A stretch of DNA of 58,453 nt from a virus (lineage: Duplodnaviria > Caudoviricetes): the IMG/VR virus record IMGVR_UViG_3300025141_000103, positions 1-58,453 of that record; one strand, given 5' to 3'. The position numbers and the translations under genes were made by a program. Under the pieces are notes generated by a model that saw only the letters and a program-made list of their open reading frames with translations, was not told where the DNA came from and ran no database searches. Shown here one piece after another: positions 35,339 to 44,668 of this stretch. Numbering within the stretch: position 1 is the stretch's first letter; every line of letters begins with the position of its first letter.

Positions 35339-37839
35339 TAGAAAAATTTATTGAAACCAAAATCATCATTTGGTTCTTCCCATTTTAATGCTTCATATAA
35401 CATCTTGATTTTTTTAGCTAATGCTTGTTTATAAATCTTATCTGTATTAATGTATTTTTTTATATAATCTAATACTTGTTTAGGGTCTTCATGCCCTTTG
35501 TAACAAATTGTTTCAAACTTGAGTGGATTATCTTTTAAGTAAGTCCACTTAATTTTCTCACCATTACCAACTGATGGGTATTTCTTATTCAATTTATTAA
35601 TCAACAAAAAGTTATTGTAATTGATTGCTGATTTGATATGAACTGGAGTTCCCTTTTTAGCTATGAGAATACCCTCACCCATTGATATAAATTTCTTAAC
35701 ATTCTTAGCTGAAGTTGGCATTGATATTGTATCATAGTTTTTTAACTTCATGGATTTTTTAAAGTTAAGAATAAACTCATTAATCTTTAACATTGGAACA
35801 CCTGCTAATATATCTTCTAATACCTTAGTTAAACACTCTTTAAATGCTGCAGGGAAACTTGAACGAACTATATCTAAACCTTTGACGTGAAGTTTATTTA
35901 CCTTAACACCATTATCATTGATAATCTTCATACCATATCGTTTCTTAGTAACAAATAAACCACTCTTAGCAATTAATTCCTGCTTAATCTCAAACCTATG
36001 TTCGTCTATATTACAAAACTTCTTAGCAAATAAATCATATGAGTTATTTAGATATTGTTGAACCTCTGATGCAATCTCTAATATTTTGTTAGTCATCAAA
36101 GTTTCATCTTTGATATCTATATGTGGATATTTCTTTTGAATGATAGGAATAGCAGAATAGAAAACTGAATCTGTATCAATATAGATACAATAATCTTCTT
36201 TATCTTCTACCACCGAATTGTAATAATGATTAGACATTCTCTTAGTATATTTAATCAACTCAACACCTGTAGTAGTAGTTGCTTCTGCATTATCCAAATC
36301 ATAAAAACGAAATATAGGTAATCCCAATACACCATACAATGAGTTTAGAACAACCTTTTGAATGTATTGTCGTCTATCAAAGTATGCATATTTTTCTTTA
36401 TCACCTTGTTCAGCAAACTTCTTAGCTAACTTTCTAAACTGAACTCTATCATCGAACCACTTTTCTAATAGTGTTGGTATAAGACCTTTTCTATCTTGTG
36501 TGTACAATACACCATTAGAAGATATAGATACATTGTGAGTTTCTAAAAAGTTCTTAAACTCACTTGTGGTTAGTTTAGCACTCTCCTTACCATTCTTATC
36601 TTTAATACTGTATGTTCTATCAACACCTTTGAGGAATGGTTCTACATCCCAACTATCTAATTTACCCAACTTAGTTTCAGGAGATATATTTAAACTCATA
36701 ATAATAGACGGATACATACTTGTAATATCTAAGTCATACACCCATTCGTGTTTACCTTTTTGTGGGTCTTGGACATATGCACCTGCAAATTTATCAGTTC
36801 CATCCATCAGTTGTCTGTTAGCTCTTATTTTATTTGGTGCTACGATACCAATCTTCTTCAGATACACAAGAATAGCACCCTCAAGAAATCTTGATGAGTA
36901 ATAAACATCTTCATAAGGAACGTGTCCTAAGTGACATATAGCTCTAGCAATACCAATAAAATCTAACTTCTCATCAAGTTTCTGTAAGATTACAACGTCA
37001 TTTATATTATATTCTACGAACTTATTTCTATCACCATCATATAAATCATTAAGTGTACCCTCATAAGCCACCTTATTTATACCAACTTCTAACTCACCGA
37101 TATCATCTAATCGATATGAAGACCTCTCACCAAATGTAAGTTTTCTATATAACTCAAGATAATCAAGTGAAGCCACACCTGCAATCTTATATGTTCCTTT
37201 ATATTTTTGATAGTCTACTATACCGATTGGTGATAGACACTTAGCAGCTTCTTTACCTAATAATCTTTGAGTACGATTATAAAGATAAGGAACGTCAAAT
37301 CTATCACTATTCCAACCACTAATGATTGTTGGTGATATCTCAAGATATTTTGTAAAAAATGCTGTTAGTAAGTCTCTTTCATCTTTAAACTTAATAACAG
37401 TTGTATTACCGAACTGATTTGTATTTACTTTATTTTCTACATCAAGAACATAACAATAATACTGTCGTGTTAAATCATCATAAAATGCGATAGATGTAAT
37501 TGTATTTTCGGCTTTATTTACATCAGGAAAACCCTGTGTAACTTCAACCTCAATATCAAAGAACATAACACGATGACCCTCAGATACTTCATCCGAATCT
37601 GTATAGTTATCAACCAAGTATCTAATCTCTGGAGCAACATCAGATTCAAAAGGTGTGTCGGTTTCATCTATTCTACTGATAGGTAATTTACGTAACTTAT
37701 CACCATATAATGATGTATGAGTTCCTTTACCATCTTTTACATAGGCGTATTGACTGAAAGGTACAACTGAGTACCCTTTTTTGTCATCCCAAATATGGAT
37801 TCTTCGTCTCTTAAACTGATAAAAGATGTTTTGATATAT
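35338..37839 (-). CDS. Family-B DNA polymerase (T4 gp43-like), probable ATA start
   Basis: FDIE, GWNSDRFD, YNIND (exonuclease); DITSMYPS, KVVLNSLYG, YIDTDS, KKRY (polymerase). The frame stays open 74 codons upstream of the track start 37617, to ATA 37839 with GAGGT 6 nt before it. Confidence 0.95.
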   Translation of the reverse strand: MYQNIFYQFKRRRIHIWDDKKGYSVVPFSQYAYVKDGKGTHTSLYGDKLRKLPISRIDETDTPFESDVAPEIRYLVDNYTDSDEVSEGHRVMFFDIEVEVTQGFPDVNKAENTITSIAFYDDLTRQYYCYVLDVENKVNTNQFGNTTVIKFKDERDLLTAFFTKYLEISPTIISGWNSDRFDVPYLYNRTQRLLGKEAAKCLSPIGIVDYQKYKGTYKIAGVASLDYLELYRKLTFGERSSYRLDDIGELEVGINKVAYEGTLNDLYDGDRNKFVEYNINDVVILQKLDEKLDFIGIARAICHLGHVPYEDVYYSSRFLEGAILVYLKKIGIVAPNKIRANRQLMDGTDKFAGAYVQDPQKGKHEWVYDLDITSMYPSIIMSLNISPETKLGKLDSWDVEPFLKGVDRTYSIKDKNGKESAKLTTSEFKNFLETHNVSISSNGVLYTQDRKGLIPTLLEKWFDDRVQFRKLAKKFAEQGDKEKYAYFDRRQYIQKVVLNSLYGVLGLPIFRFYDLDNAEATTTTGVELIKYTKRMSNHYYNSVVEDKEDYCIYIDTDSVFYSAIPIIQKKYPHIDIKDETLMTNKILEIASEVQQYLNNSYDLFAKKFCNIDEHRFEIKQELIAKSGLFVTKKRYGMKIINDNGVKVNKLHVKGLDIVRSSFPAAFKECLTKVLEDILAGVPMLKINEFILNFKKSMKLKNYDTISMPTSAKNVKKFISMGEGILIAKKGTPVHIKSAINYNNFLLINKLNKKYPSVGNGEKIKWTYLKDNPLKFETICYKGHEDPKQVLDYIKKYINTDKIYKQALAKKIKMLYEALKWEEPNDDFGFNKFF

Positions 37840-37866
37840 AGCTATACCTCTTTAATTTGATGTGTG

Positions 37867-37896
37867 AATATACGAATAAAATAGTATGTAAGTCAA
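37867..37896 (-). promoter_or_regulatory. Class-1 promoter (TTGACT-N18-TATATT) for the B polymerase
   Basis: TTGACT tacatactattttattcg TATATT. Confidence 0.7.
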
Positions 37897-37899
37897 GCT

Positions 37900-39885
37900 T
37901 TATTTTATTTCTTCGCCTGGTATTTCACAAGTGTCGTTGTTACAGAATTTATCTATTTCTGCTTCTTCGTTTTTGATTACACCGAATGAAAGTTTACCAA
38001 GTTTTTTAACTTCTTTGTTGTATGTCTTTTCGTCAATTGCTTCATATGGCATCTGTTGATAAGCACCATAATCATGTCTTGGTAATAAAGAAATACCTTT
38101 CAAGTGATATTGAAAGTAGTTTAAAGCAGGTGCAATTTCATTAGCTTCTGTTTCAGGATTGAACGTTACAGTACAACTCACTTGGTTGTCAGCCCAATGT
38201 CTTTGCATAAATGCTGCTAGACTGAATTGTTCCCATATAGAAAGTTCTGATGCAGTTCTGATACCCTCACCAACATCTACTGGAACTTCAACAACCATTG
38301 TTGTATCTTCCGAACCAAATGCAGGTTCTAACTTATATCCTGCTTTTTGTAATGGTTCTAATAACTCTGAATGATTTGAAAGTCTTACTCTCCTGATGTA
38401 AAAACGACTTTCAGGATAATGTAAGCCTGGAGTAGCACCAGCCAATAATGAGACTGTACCACTTGGTTTAACTGAAGTAGTTTTGATGGAACGTGGTATT
38501 GCAAACCAATCTGAATACATCTTATCCCACTCTTCAATTGTATCGTATCCACCCTCTAACCAATCTCTAAATTCATTTAGTCCACGATTAGTTATGAATT
38601 GTGCGACACCACTTACACTACATCCGATTCTTCTGTTTCTTAACATCACTCTGTTTGTATCACTCCAATGAGTTCTACCAAGTGTCACCGATTTGGCATA
38701 CAGATAAGCATATTTAAGTGTCCTCTGATAATCCTCTAACGAATCATGATTACTTGGAAATGTCTCTACTAAACAACATAACTCATATGATTCAAGTGAT
38801 TGTTCAAGACAAGGATTACCACCAGCTACTCTATGGTCTTTATTGTCACCACCATTCTTCATTCTTGAGTAATGTCTCATATTATCCAACCAAGCAAAAC
38901 CTGGTTCACCATTATCTACAATACGTTTTGCTGCTTCTGTATAATCCATACCAAGTTCTGCAAAGATAGAGTTGTTAGATGTCCACCCATACATTTCTCT
39001 ATGTGGATTTACCTTATAATTTTTTAAGTCTAAATATTCTTCCGAATCGGGGTCACCAAAAACGATCTCAGCAGTTCTACGAACATTTCCCGCTACAACA
39101 CATTTACCTATAAGATTCATTATGTCTACGATCGTAGTTACTGTAATTGGTTCACCACTATTACGTTCTAATACTTCTCTGATACTATCGTGAACTTCTT
39201 TTAGTGGTTCAGGACCACTTGAAACACCACCAAAACCTTTGATTGGTTCTCCTGCTTGTCTTATCTTAGTGTAATCAAACTTGATAGCTGATGTTCCATG
39301 AAAGAAACTTTCTAATAATAGTCTAAGTGATTCTACCCAACCCTCTCTTGTATCAGGTATCTCAAATATTTCTTTGTTTCTACTCTTATTTATACCCTTT
39401 ACTACGATTTCACCAGCACCTTTAGTGTCAAAACCGACACCTACACCTAACATAGATGCATCCATTAGGAAACAGAATGGTTTTGAGTAGTCTTCTTTGA
39501 TTGTTGATGTTGATACGAATGCACAATTGTTAAGAGCTGCATATAACCCTTTTTCTTCGGTTATTGCTGTTCCCATAGCCCATAAACCACGACCAGGTGG
39601 TAGGAACTTCATATTAAATATTCTGTCGTACATTTCTTGTGCTGATTTTTGAGCTTGCCATGCATTCCAACCCAACTGATAGTTATCAATGTGATTTTTT
39701 TGCATCGAGTAAGTTCCTTCTACAACTCTTTGAACTGTTTCCCACCACCTCTCGTTTTTACCATCGTCTTTAATACGAGAATATGTTCTCATGTAAACTA
39801 ATTCTCCTAACCCATTAAAACCGAAAGGTGCTTTCTTTCTCTTATACTTACTGACGAAATTTTCCGATAACTTAAACTTTTCCAT
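37900..39885 (-). CDS. nrdJ: Class II (adenosylcobalamin-dependent) ribonucleotide reductase, monomeric type
   Basis: PPGRGLW, LNNC, GNVRR, GNPCLEQ, VKPSGT, C-terminal CNNDTC; no beta-subunit gene in the window. Confidence 0.9.
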   Translation of the reverse strand: MEKFKLSENFVSKYKRKKAPFGFNGLGELVYMRTYSRIKDDGKNERWWETVQRVVEGTYSMQKNHIDNYQLGWNAWQAQKSAQEMYDRIFNMKFLPPGRGLWAMGTAITEEKGLYAALNNCAFVSTSTIKEDYSKPFCFLMDASMLGVGVGFDTKGAGEIVVKGINKSRNKEIFEIPDTREGWVESLRLLLESFFHGTSAIKFDYTKIRQAGEPIKGFGGVSSGPEPLKEVHDSIREVLERNSGEPITVTTIVDIMNLIGKCVVAGNVRRTAEIVFGDPDSEEYLDLKNYKVNPHREMYGWTSNNSIFAELGMDYTEAAKRIVDNGEPGFAWLDNMRHYSRMKNGGDNKDHRVAGGNPCLEQSLESYELCCLVETFPSNHDSLEDYQRTLKYAYLYAKSVTLGRTHWSDTNRVMLRNRRIGCSVSGVAQFITNRGLNEFRDWLEGGYDTIEEWDKMYSDWFAIPRSIKTTSVKPSGTVSLLAGATPGLHYPESRFYIRRVRLSNHSELLEPLQKAGYKLEPAFGSEDTTMVVEVPVDVGEGIRTASELSIWEQFSLAAFMQRHWADNQVSCTVTFNPETEANEIAPALNYFQYHLKGISLLPRHDYGAYQQMPYEAIDEKTYNKEVKKLGKLSFGVIKNEEAEIDKFCNNDTCEIPGEEIK

Positions 39886-40005
39886 TTTCTTCTGGCTCCT
39901 CCTATTTCCTGTAAACTTTATACAATGATAACTATAATATATATCAGATTAAAAACAAACTATTTAATTTTTTTACTATTTTTAAATAATTTTTTCTTAT
40001 TAGTT

Positions 40006-41382
40006 TTATTCAAAGCCATCTACATCACTCTGTTTCATGTCGTTGTACTTACTTGCCAACAATTGTCTCTTAAATTCTTCACTATTATCCATTTTACCTT
40101 GTTGTTCTTTACCTGGCTGAGTTGTTGACTCATAAATCTCTATCTGACCAAGATTAGTATTCATACTCATTGGATAAGTTACACCATCAATACCAAATCT
40201 ATTCTTAATGATATGACATCTTGCAGTATGACTTAACTTATCTTCTGCTTTTCTACTGATACTCAATACGAAGTCAGCTATCATAATCTTACTGTATGCT
40301 TCTGCAATCTTTGTTGCTTCTATCACTTCTTCTTCTAATGCTGAACGATTTGCTTGTGATGCAGTCCATATTGGAACTTTAAACTCACCAGCTAATCCTC
40401 TTAACTCTTCATATACAGCACCCAACTGATGTCTTACCTCTCTCATACCACTATTATCTCTCAAGATATCAGCGTAATCAACAATAACCATATCAGGTTT
40501 TATATTTTTTAGTTCTAATTGTTTTAGATGTGCTGAAAGTGTATTAACAGTTGCTGCTCTTGTTGGGTAGTATTTAATAATCATCTTACCCTCAATAGAG
40601 TCAATGACTTTCTTCACTTCATCTTTTTGAAACTTAATGTTTTGTGTAGTTATACCACTAAAAACAGTATCATATCTTAACCCAACATAGGTTTCATTCA
40701 ATTCTAATGTGTAATGAACTACAGTAAATCCTCTTTTCAAAGCACCTGCAGCGATACTCTGAAGTAACCAAGTCTTACCAACACCTGCTGGCGCAACTAC
40801 AACACCTAATTCACCCTCACCTAAACCACCATCCATGATATCATTTGTAATATCCCACGGCGTTTTTATCGTAACTCTTGTAGACTTAGTTAATCTCTCT
40901 TCAATACCCACGTTATAATCGTGTCCAATATCTACAGCTGTTCCAGCTTTCATAGCACTATCTATAACTGTTTTTATACCATCATAATTTTGATTTTCTA
41001 ATAGAGTTACAGATTCCATAATAGCAGATTTGATAACTTGATTCTTACAAAACTCTAATGTTTTTTCTTGAACAAACTGTAAGTCTGTTGCTTCTCTATG
41101 TCTCCAAGCATCTTTTAGTGCTTCTACAACTGATATCTTCAGCACATCATTCTCAACATCATCTATTGCTATCTTGATAGCCTCTAATGTAGGTGTGGTT
41201 TTATACTTTATAAAATAGTTATGTATTTCTTGAACCAACCACTTATTTGAATCAGATTCAAAATACTCTGGCTCAAGAACTTCCATGATTGTTTGTAAAA
41301 ACATCGTATCAGTTAAGCAAGATGCTATAACTTTGGATTGGAATGAAGTTCCAAATTCTACTAAAGAAGTGTTACTCTCCAT
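40006..41382 (-). CDS. Replicative helicase (DnaB/T4 gp41-like)
   Basis: APAGVGKT, TLEL, VDYAD, TASQANR, KNRFG. Confidence 0.93.
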   Translation of the reverse strand: MESNTSLVEFGTSFQSKVIASCLTDTMFLQTIMEVLEPEYFESDSNKWLVQEIHNYFIKYKTTPTLEAIKIAIDDVENDVLKISVVEALKDAWRHREATDLQFVQEKTLEFCKNQVIKSAIMESVTLLENQNYDGIKTVIDSAMKAGTAVDIGHDYNVGIEERLTKSTRVTIKTPWDITNDIMDGGLGEGELGVVVAPAGVGKTWLLQSIAAGALKRGFTVVHYTLELNETYVGLRYDTVFSGITTQNIKFQKDEVKKVIDSIEGKMIIKYYPTRAATVNTLSAHLKQLELKNIKPDMVIVDYADILRDNSGMREVRHQLGAVYEELRGLAGEFKVPIWTASQANRSALEEEVIEATKIAEAYSKIMIADFVLSISRKAEDKLSHTARCHIIKNRFGIDGVTYPMSMNTNLGQIEIYESTTQPGKEQQGKMDNSEEFKRQLLASKYNDMKQSDVDGFE

Positions 41383-41551
41383 ATATCTCTTTCGTGAGTC
41401 TTGTTTTTGATAAATTTAATTTCTTCTGTCTATACTTGTCTTTCATCTTCTTCAAAATGGTCTCTTTATTTCTGTAGTAATAATCCATTTGCCATTTTCT
41501 TTGAGCTTCTTTCTTTTCCTTTGCTGTAAAATATTTCTTTTTTCTACCCAT
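41372..41551 (-). CDS. Small highly basic protein
   Basis: MGRKKKYFT...YYYRNKE; start likely 41551 (track 41566). Confidence 0.55.
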   Translation of the reverse strand: MGRKKKYFTAKEKKEAQRKWQMDYYYRNKETILKKMKDKYRQKKLNLSKTRLTKEIYGE

Positions 41552-42608
41552 TGGTTTTTTCCGCATACTTATCCATAGTGGTAAATGTCTGAGCTAACCA
41601 ACTACTTACATTTGGTAGATTTTGAAATAATCTATCTTCCATAAACATGGCTTCAAATTTAAATTTTACTAAACGTCTGATAGGACCTCTGATAACATCG
41701 ATTAATTTTGTTTTAGTTGAAGCACTTATGTTCACATCTTCTAACTGCATCAACTTATAGTTACGTTCAAGTAACTCCTTATTCTGTAATATTTTCACAA
41801 AGAAGTTTCCATCATCATCTTTGTGTTTGTGTGCATATTTGTATATCTCTTGTAGACTATAATTATTATTCTCAACTCCCAAAGTTGGTATATTTTTTAC
41901 CAATGTTTTAGTGGCTATTCCTTTTACACCATTTATATTGTCAGACTTATCACCCTCAAATATTTTAGCCATAATAAAATTCTCTGCAGTTACACAATAC
42001 TCTTCTAAAACTGCTTCTTTGTTATATAATTTCTTTTTTGTGGGAGACCAAACTTTGATATCGTCTGATACTAATTGTAGGAAATCTTTGTCGGTTGACA
42101 TGATAATCTTTTCACCATCGGGTATTACACTCTTTGCGATATAAGCTATAGCATCATCTGCTTCGATACCATCTACGGATATATTAGTTACTGGTAATAA
42201 TTCAAGATACTCTGCTACTCTTCTGAGTTGTAGATACATATTCCGTCTCTCATCCTCTACGTTTTCTAAACCTGCTACTCTATTAACTCTGTAAGACGTT
42301 CTACGTTTGTTTTTGTAATCGGAATATAATTTACGGCGGCGGTTGCTCCCACCCTTGCCATCAAATACTATGATAACACGAGTGGGATTAAACATATTAA
42401 TGGCAAATCCTATGCTTTTAAGGAAACCAACAATGCCACCAACATGAACGCCGTTGTCGTTTAGAGTTGGCATTACGCTGAATACTCTGATAAAAGTATT
42501 CAAGCCGTCAACTATTAGTACTTTTTTGTTTGTGTTCTGAAAGTTAACAGAACCACCTTTTTTCTTTATCTCATTCAGGATGGAAAGGTATCTGGCGTTT
42601 GACATCAC
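41544..42608 (-). CDS. 5'-3' exonuclease/flap endonuclease (T4 RNase H-like)
   Basis: VDGLN, FDGKGG, EADD, STDKDFLQL, GDKSDNINGVKG. Confidence 0.92.
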   Translation of the reverse strand: MMSNARYLSILNEIKKKGGSVNFQNTNKKVLIVDGLNTFIRVFSVMPTLNDNGVHVGGIVGFLKSIGFAINMFNPTRVIIVFDGKGGSNRRRKLYSDYKNKRRTSYRVNRVAGLENVEDERRNMYLQLRRVAEYLELLPVTNISVDGIEADDAIAYIAKSVIPDGEKIIMSTDKDFLQLVSDDIKVWSPTKKKLYNKEAVLEEYCVTAENFIMAKIFEGDKSDNINGVKGIATKTLVKNIPTLGVENNNYSLQEIYKYAHKHKDDDGNFFVKILQNKELLERNYKLMQLEDVNISASTKTKLIDVIRGPIRRLVKFKFEAMFMEDRLFQNLPNVSSWLAQTFTTMDKYAEKTNG

Positions 42609-43702
42609 TCACCAACCACCTCTTCCGTCTCAACTACATCATCTATTCCCAAATCCTTCATATCATATTTCAATATAACTTTTTCGCATATCTGTTCGTA
42701 AACGAATGATTTGAAATCAGGGTCTGATAGTTTCTCTCCGAATTCTTTTGATTGAAACTTGTGTTCTGCTCCTAAGTGGTCTGTAAGTGTATACCATGCA
42801 CCAGCTTGTTTTACAATCTTATGGTCTTTCATTACTTTTAACCAACTACCTACATCATCAATACCACTTTCAAAGTATAAAGGGAACTCACAACTTCTCA
42901 AAGGTGGACCTAAACGATTCTTGATAACTTGTGCAAGTATCGTCATACCAATAACGTGATTCTTTTTATCTTTGATTTGACCTTTGTTTTTTAATCTAAC
43001 TCTTGTAGATGCGTGAAATGGTAGTGCTTTTCCACCACTTGTTGTCCAGGGGTCTCCGAACATCACACCTAATTTTTGTCTTAACTGATTTGTAAACACA
43101 AGAGCCACTCTCTGTCTACCAATCATTTGAGTAATTTTTCTCATAGCTTTAGATATAATGATTGCTTTACTTGTAGCCCAACCATCCTTATCAAAGTCTG
43201 CTTCCATCTCTACGTTTGTAGATGCAGCTGCTAGTGAATCTACAAGGATAGTTACTAACCTATTTTTGTCTGATTCACGAACTTTGGATACAATCTCTTC
43301 TACTGCTGCAAATATATCTTCTACAGTTTCTAAATGCAAATACAACATACTATTGATATCAACACCAATAACCTTTAGAAAATCTTGACTTACTGCAGTT
43401 TCAGTATCTATGTAAACTGCCACACCACCCTTTTTCTGAGTCTCAGCTAAAAGATGTGCACCAACCAAAGATTTACCACTTGATTCTAATCCATTAAGTT
43501 CTGATATCCTACCTACTGCAATACCACCATTTGGTCTATTTGATATTGCCAAGTCTAACAATGTAGAACCTGTGGAAATAAATTCTTTTATATCTGTGGG
43601 TGTTGTATCTGAACCATCAAGAAAATAAGCGACTTTAGTATCTTTGAAAGTTTTATTTAAACTAGCGGCAAGTTGCCCTGCCAATTCGTCTCTTGTTGAC
43701 AT
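42605..43702 (-). CDS. uvsX: RecA/UvsX recombinase
   Basis: GLESSGKS, IDTE, VDSLAA, FTNQLR, GGKALPF, KNRLGPP; start moved from 43762 to ATG 43702 (SD AGGAG). Confidence 0.93.
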   Translation of the reverse strand: MSTRDELAGQLAASLNKTFKDTKVAYFLDGSDTTPTDIKEFISTGSTLLDLAISNRPNGGIAVGRISELNGLESSGKSLVGAHLLAETQKKGGVAVYIDTETAVSQDFLKVIGVDINSMLYLHLETVEDIFAAVEEIVSKVRESDKNRLVTILVDSLAAASTNVEMEADFDKDGWATSKAIIISKAMRKITQMIGRQRVALVFTNQLRQKLGVMFGDPWTTSGGKALPFHASTRVRLKNKGQIKDKKNHVIGMTILAQVIKNRLGPPLRSCEFPLYFESGIDDVGSWLKVMKDHKIVKQAGAWYTLTDHLGAEHKFQSKEFGEKLSDPDFKSFVYEQICEKVILKYDMKDLGIDDVVETEEVVGE

Positions 43703-43730
43703 ATAATGTCTCCTAAATTTATATAACTTA

Positions 43731-43760
43731 GGGGAGTGAAAGTCGGAACTCGCACTCCCC
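43731..43760 (-). promoter_or_regulatory. GC-rich stem-loop between the SSB and UvsX genes
   Basis: GGGGAGTG-cgAGT-tccg-ACTtt-CACTCCCC; no poly-U tract follows. Confidence 0.7.
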
Positions 43761-43777
43761 AACTTATTCGTGTTCTA

Positions 43778-44536
43778 TTAGTTATTAAACAGATCGTCAA
43801 ATGCTGCTGAAACATCCTCAGTTGATTTTACATCTTCTTTAACTTCGGATTTAGTTACAGGTTGCTCTTGTGATTCTTCATCACCCTCTTCTGGATTCAA
43901 CCAATTATTTAGAACTTCAGTTAGTTCTTCATAGGTTTGTTCCTGATAGATTTCGGTGATGTCCTTTTGATTATCTATAAGATTCTCAAGAAGAGTTGCA
44001 TCTTCCGTAATCGGGGTTTGATTTGGTTTAACCCTGATTGTTGTTTTTGGAAACGAAGCTCCAACTTCTTCTGCTGTCTTGAACTCTACAGTAATATCAC
44101 GACCATTCATTGAATCGGTAATATCACCATAATCAGGATCAGCAATAATGGAAAGCAGTTCTTGATAAACTGTTTTACCAAAACCCCAAAACTTAACACC
44201 TTGATTCTCTTCACCACGTATTACTACTGGAGCAAACGTTCTCATTTTGGATTCAATTTTACGAGCTAATTGATAGTCTTCCTTGTTACCCGAAGCTTTG
44301 AGTTTTTGAGAAAACTCTTCGATTGGGTCTGGACGACCGAATGACATTGGTGAAAGATAAGATTTTCTACCTAAATCATAATGGAAAAATAACTCGATAA
44401 AAGGATTGTCCTTATTAAATTTATAAGGTACGATTCTTACTTGAGTTGTGCCGGGTGACGGCTTCCATAGATTTGAGGTACGATTGTTTGTGATTTGAAG
44501 TTGACCTAGACGCTTCTTCAGTGCGTTAATATCCAT
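43778..44536 (-). CDS. Single-stranded DNA-binding protein (T4 gp32-like)
   Basis: WKP...VRIVP...FHY...GRDI; acidic tail ending AFDDLFNN; next to UvsX. Confidence 0.8.
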   Translation of the reverse strand: MDINALKKRLGQLQITNNRTSNLWKPSPGTTQVRIVPYKFNKDNPFIELFFHYDLGRKSYLSPMSFGRPDPIEEFSQKLKASGNKEDYQLARKIESKMRTFAPVVIRGEENQGVKFWGFGKTVYQELLSIIADPDYGDITDSMNGRDITVEFKTAEEVGASFPKTTIRVKPNQTPITEDATLLENLIDNQKDITEIYQEQTYEELTEVLNNWLNPEEGDEESQEQPVTKSEVKEDVKSTEDVSAAFDDLFNN

Positions 44537-44621
44537 TAGATATCTCCTATTTGTTATTCATTAAGTTTAATTGTTTAATTGTTACTGTTACTGTTTTTTG
44601 TGTAACCATTTTCATACATAA

Positions 44622-44646
44622 ATAAGTATTATATAAATTCCCCAAA
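44622..44646 (-). promoter_or_regulatory. Class-2 motif TTTGG-N12-ATACTTAT
   Basis: Intergenic, upstream of the SSB gene. Confidence 0.55.
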
Positions 44647-44668
44647 ATACATTTTATTTTTTTATTTT

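Noticed and set aside
39930-39947. Imperfect AT palindrome upstream of nrdJ as an NrdR box
   Set aside because: Poor fit to the NrdR consensus, single copy, and easily explained by AT richness or the class-2 motif.
43703-43762. 20-aa N-terminal extension of UvsX in the track
   Set aside because: It runs through the hairpin; the AGGAG SD points to ATG 43702.
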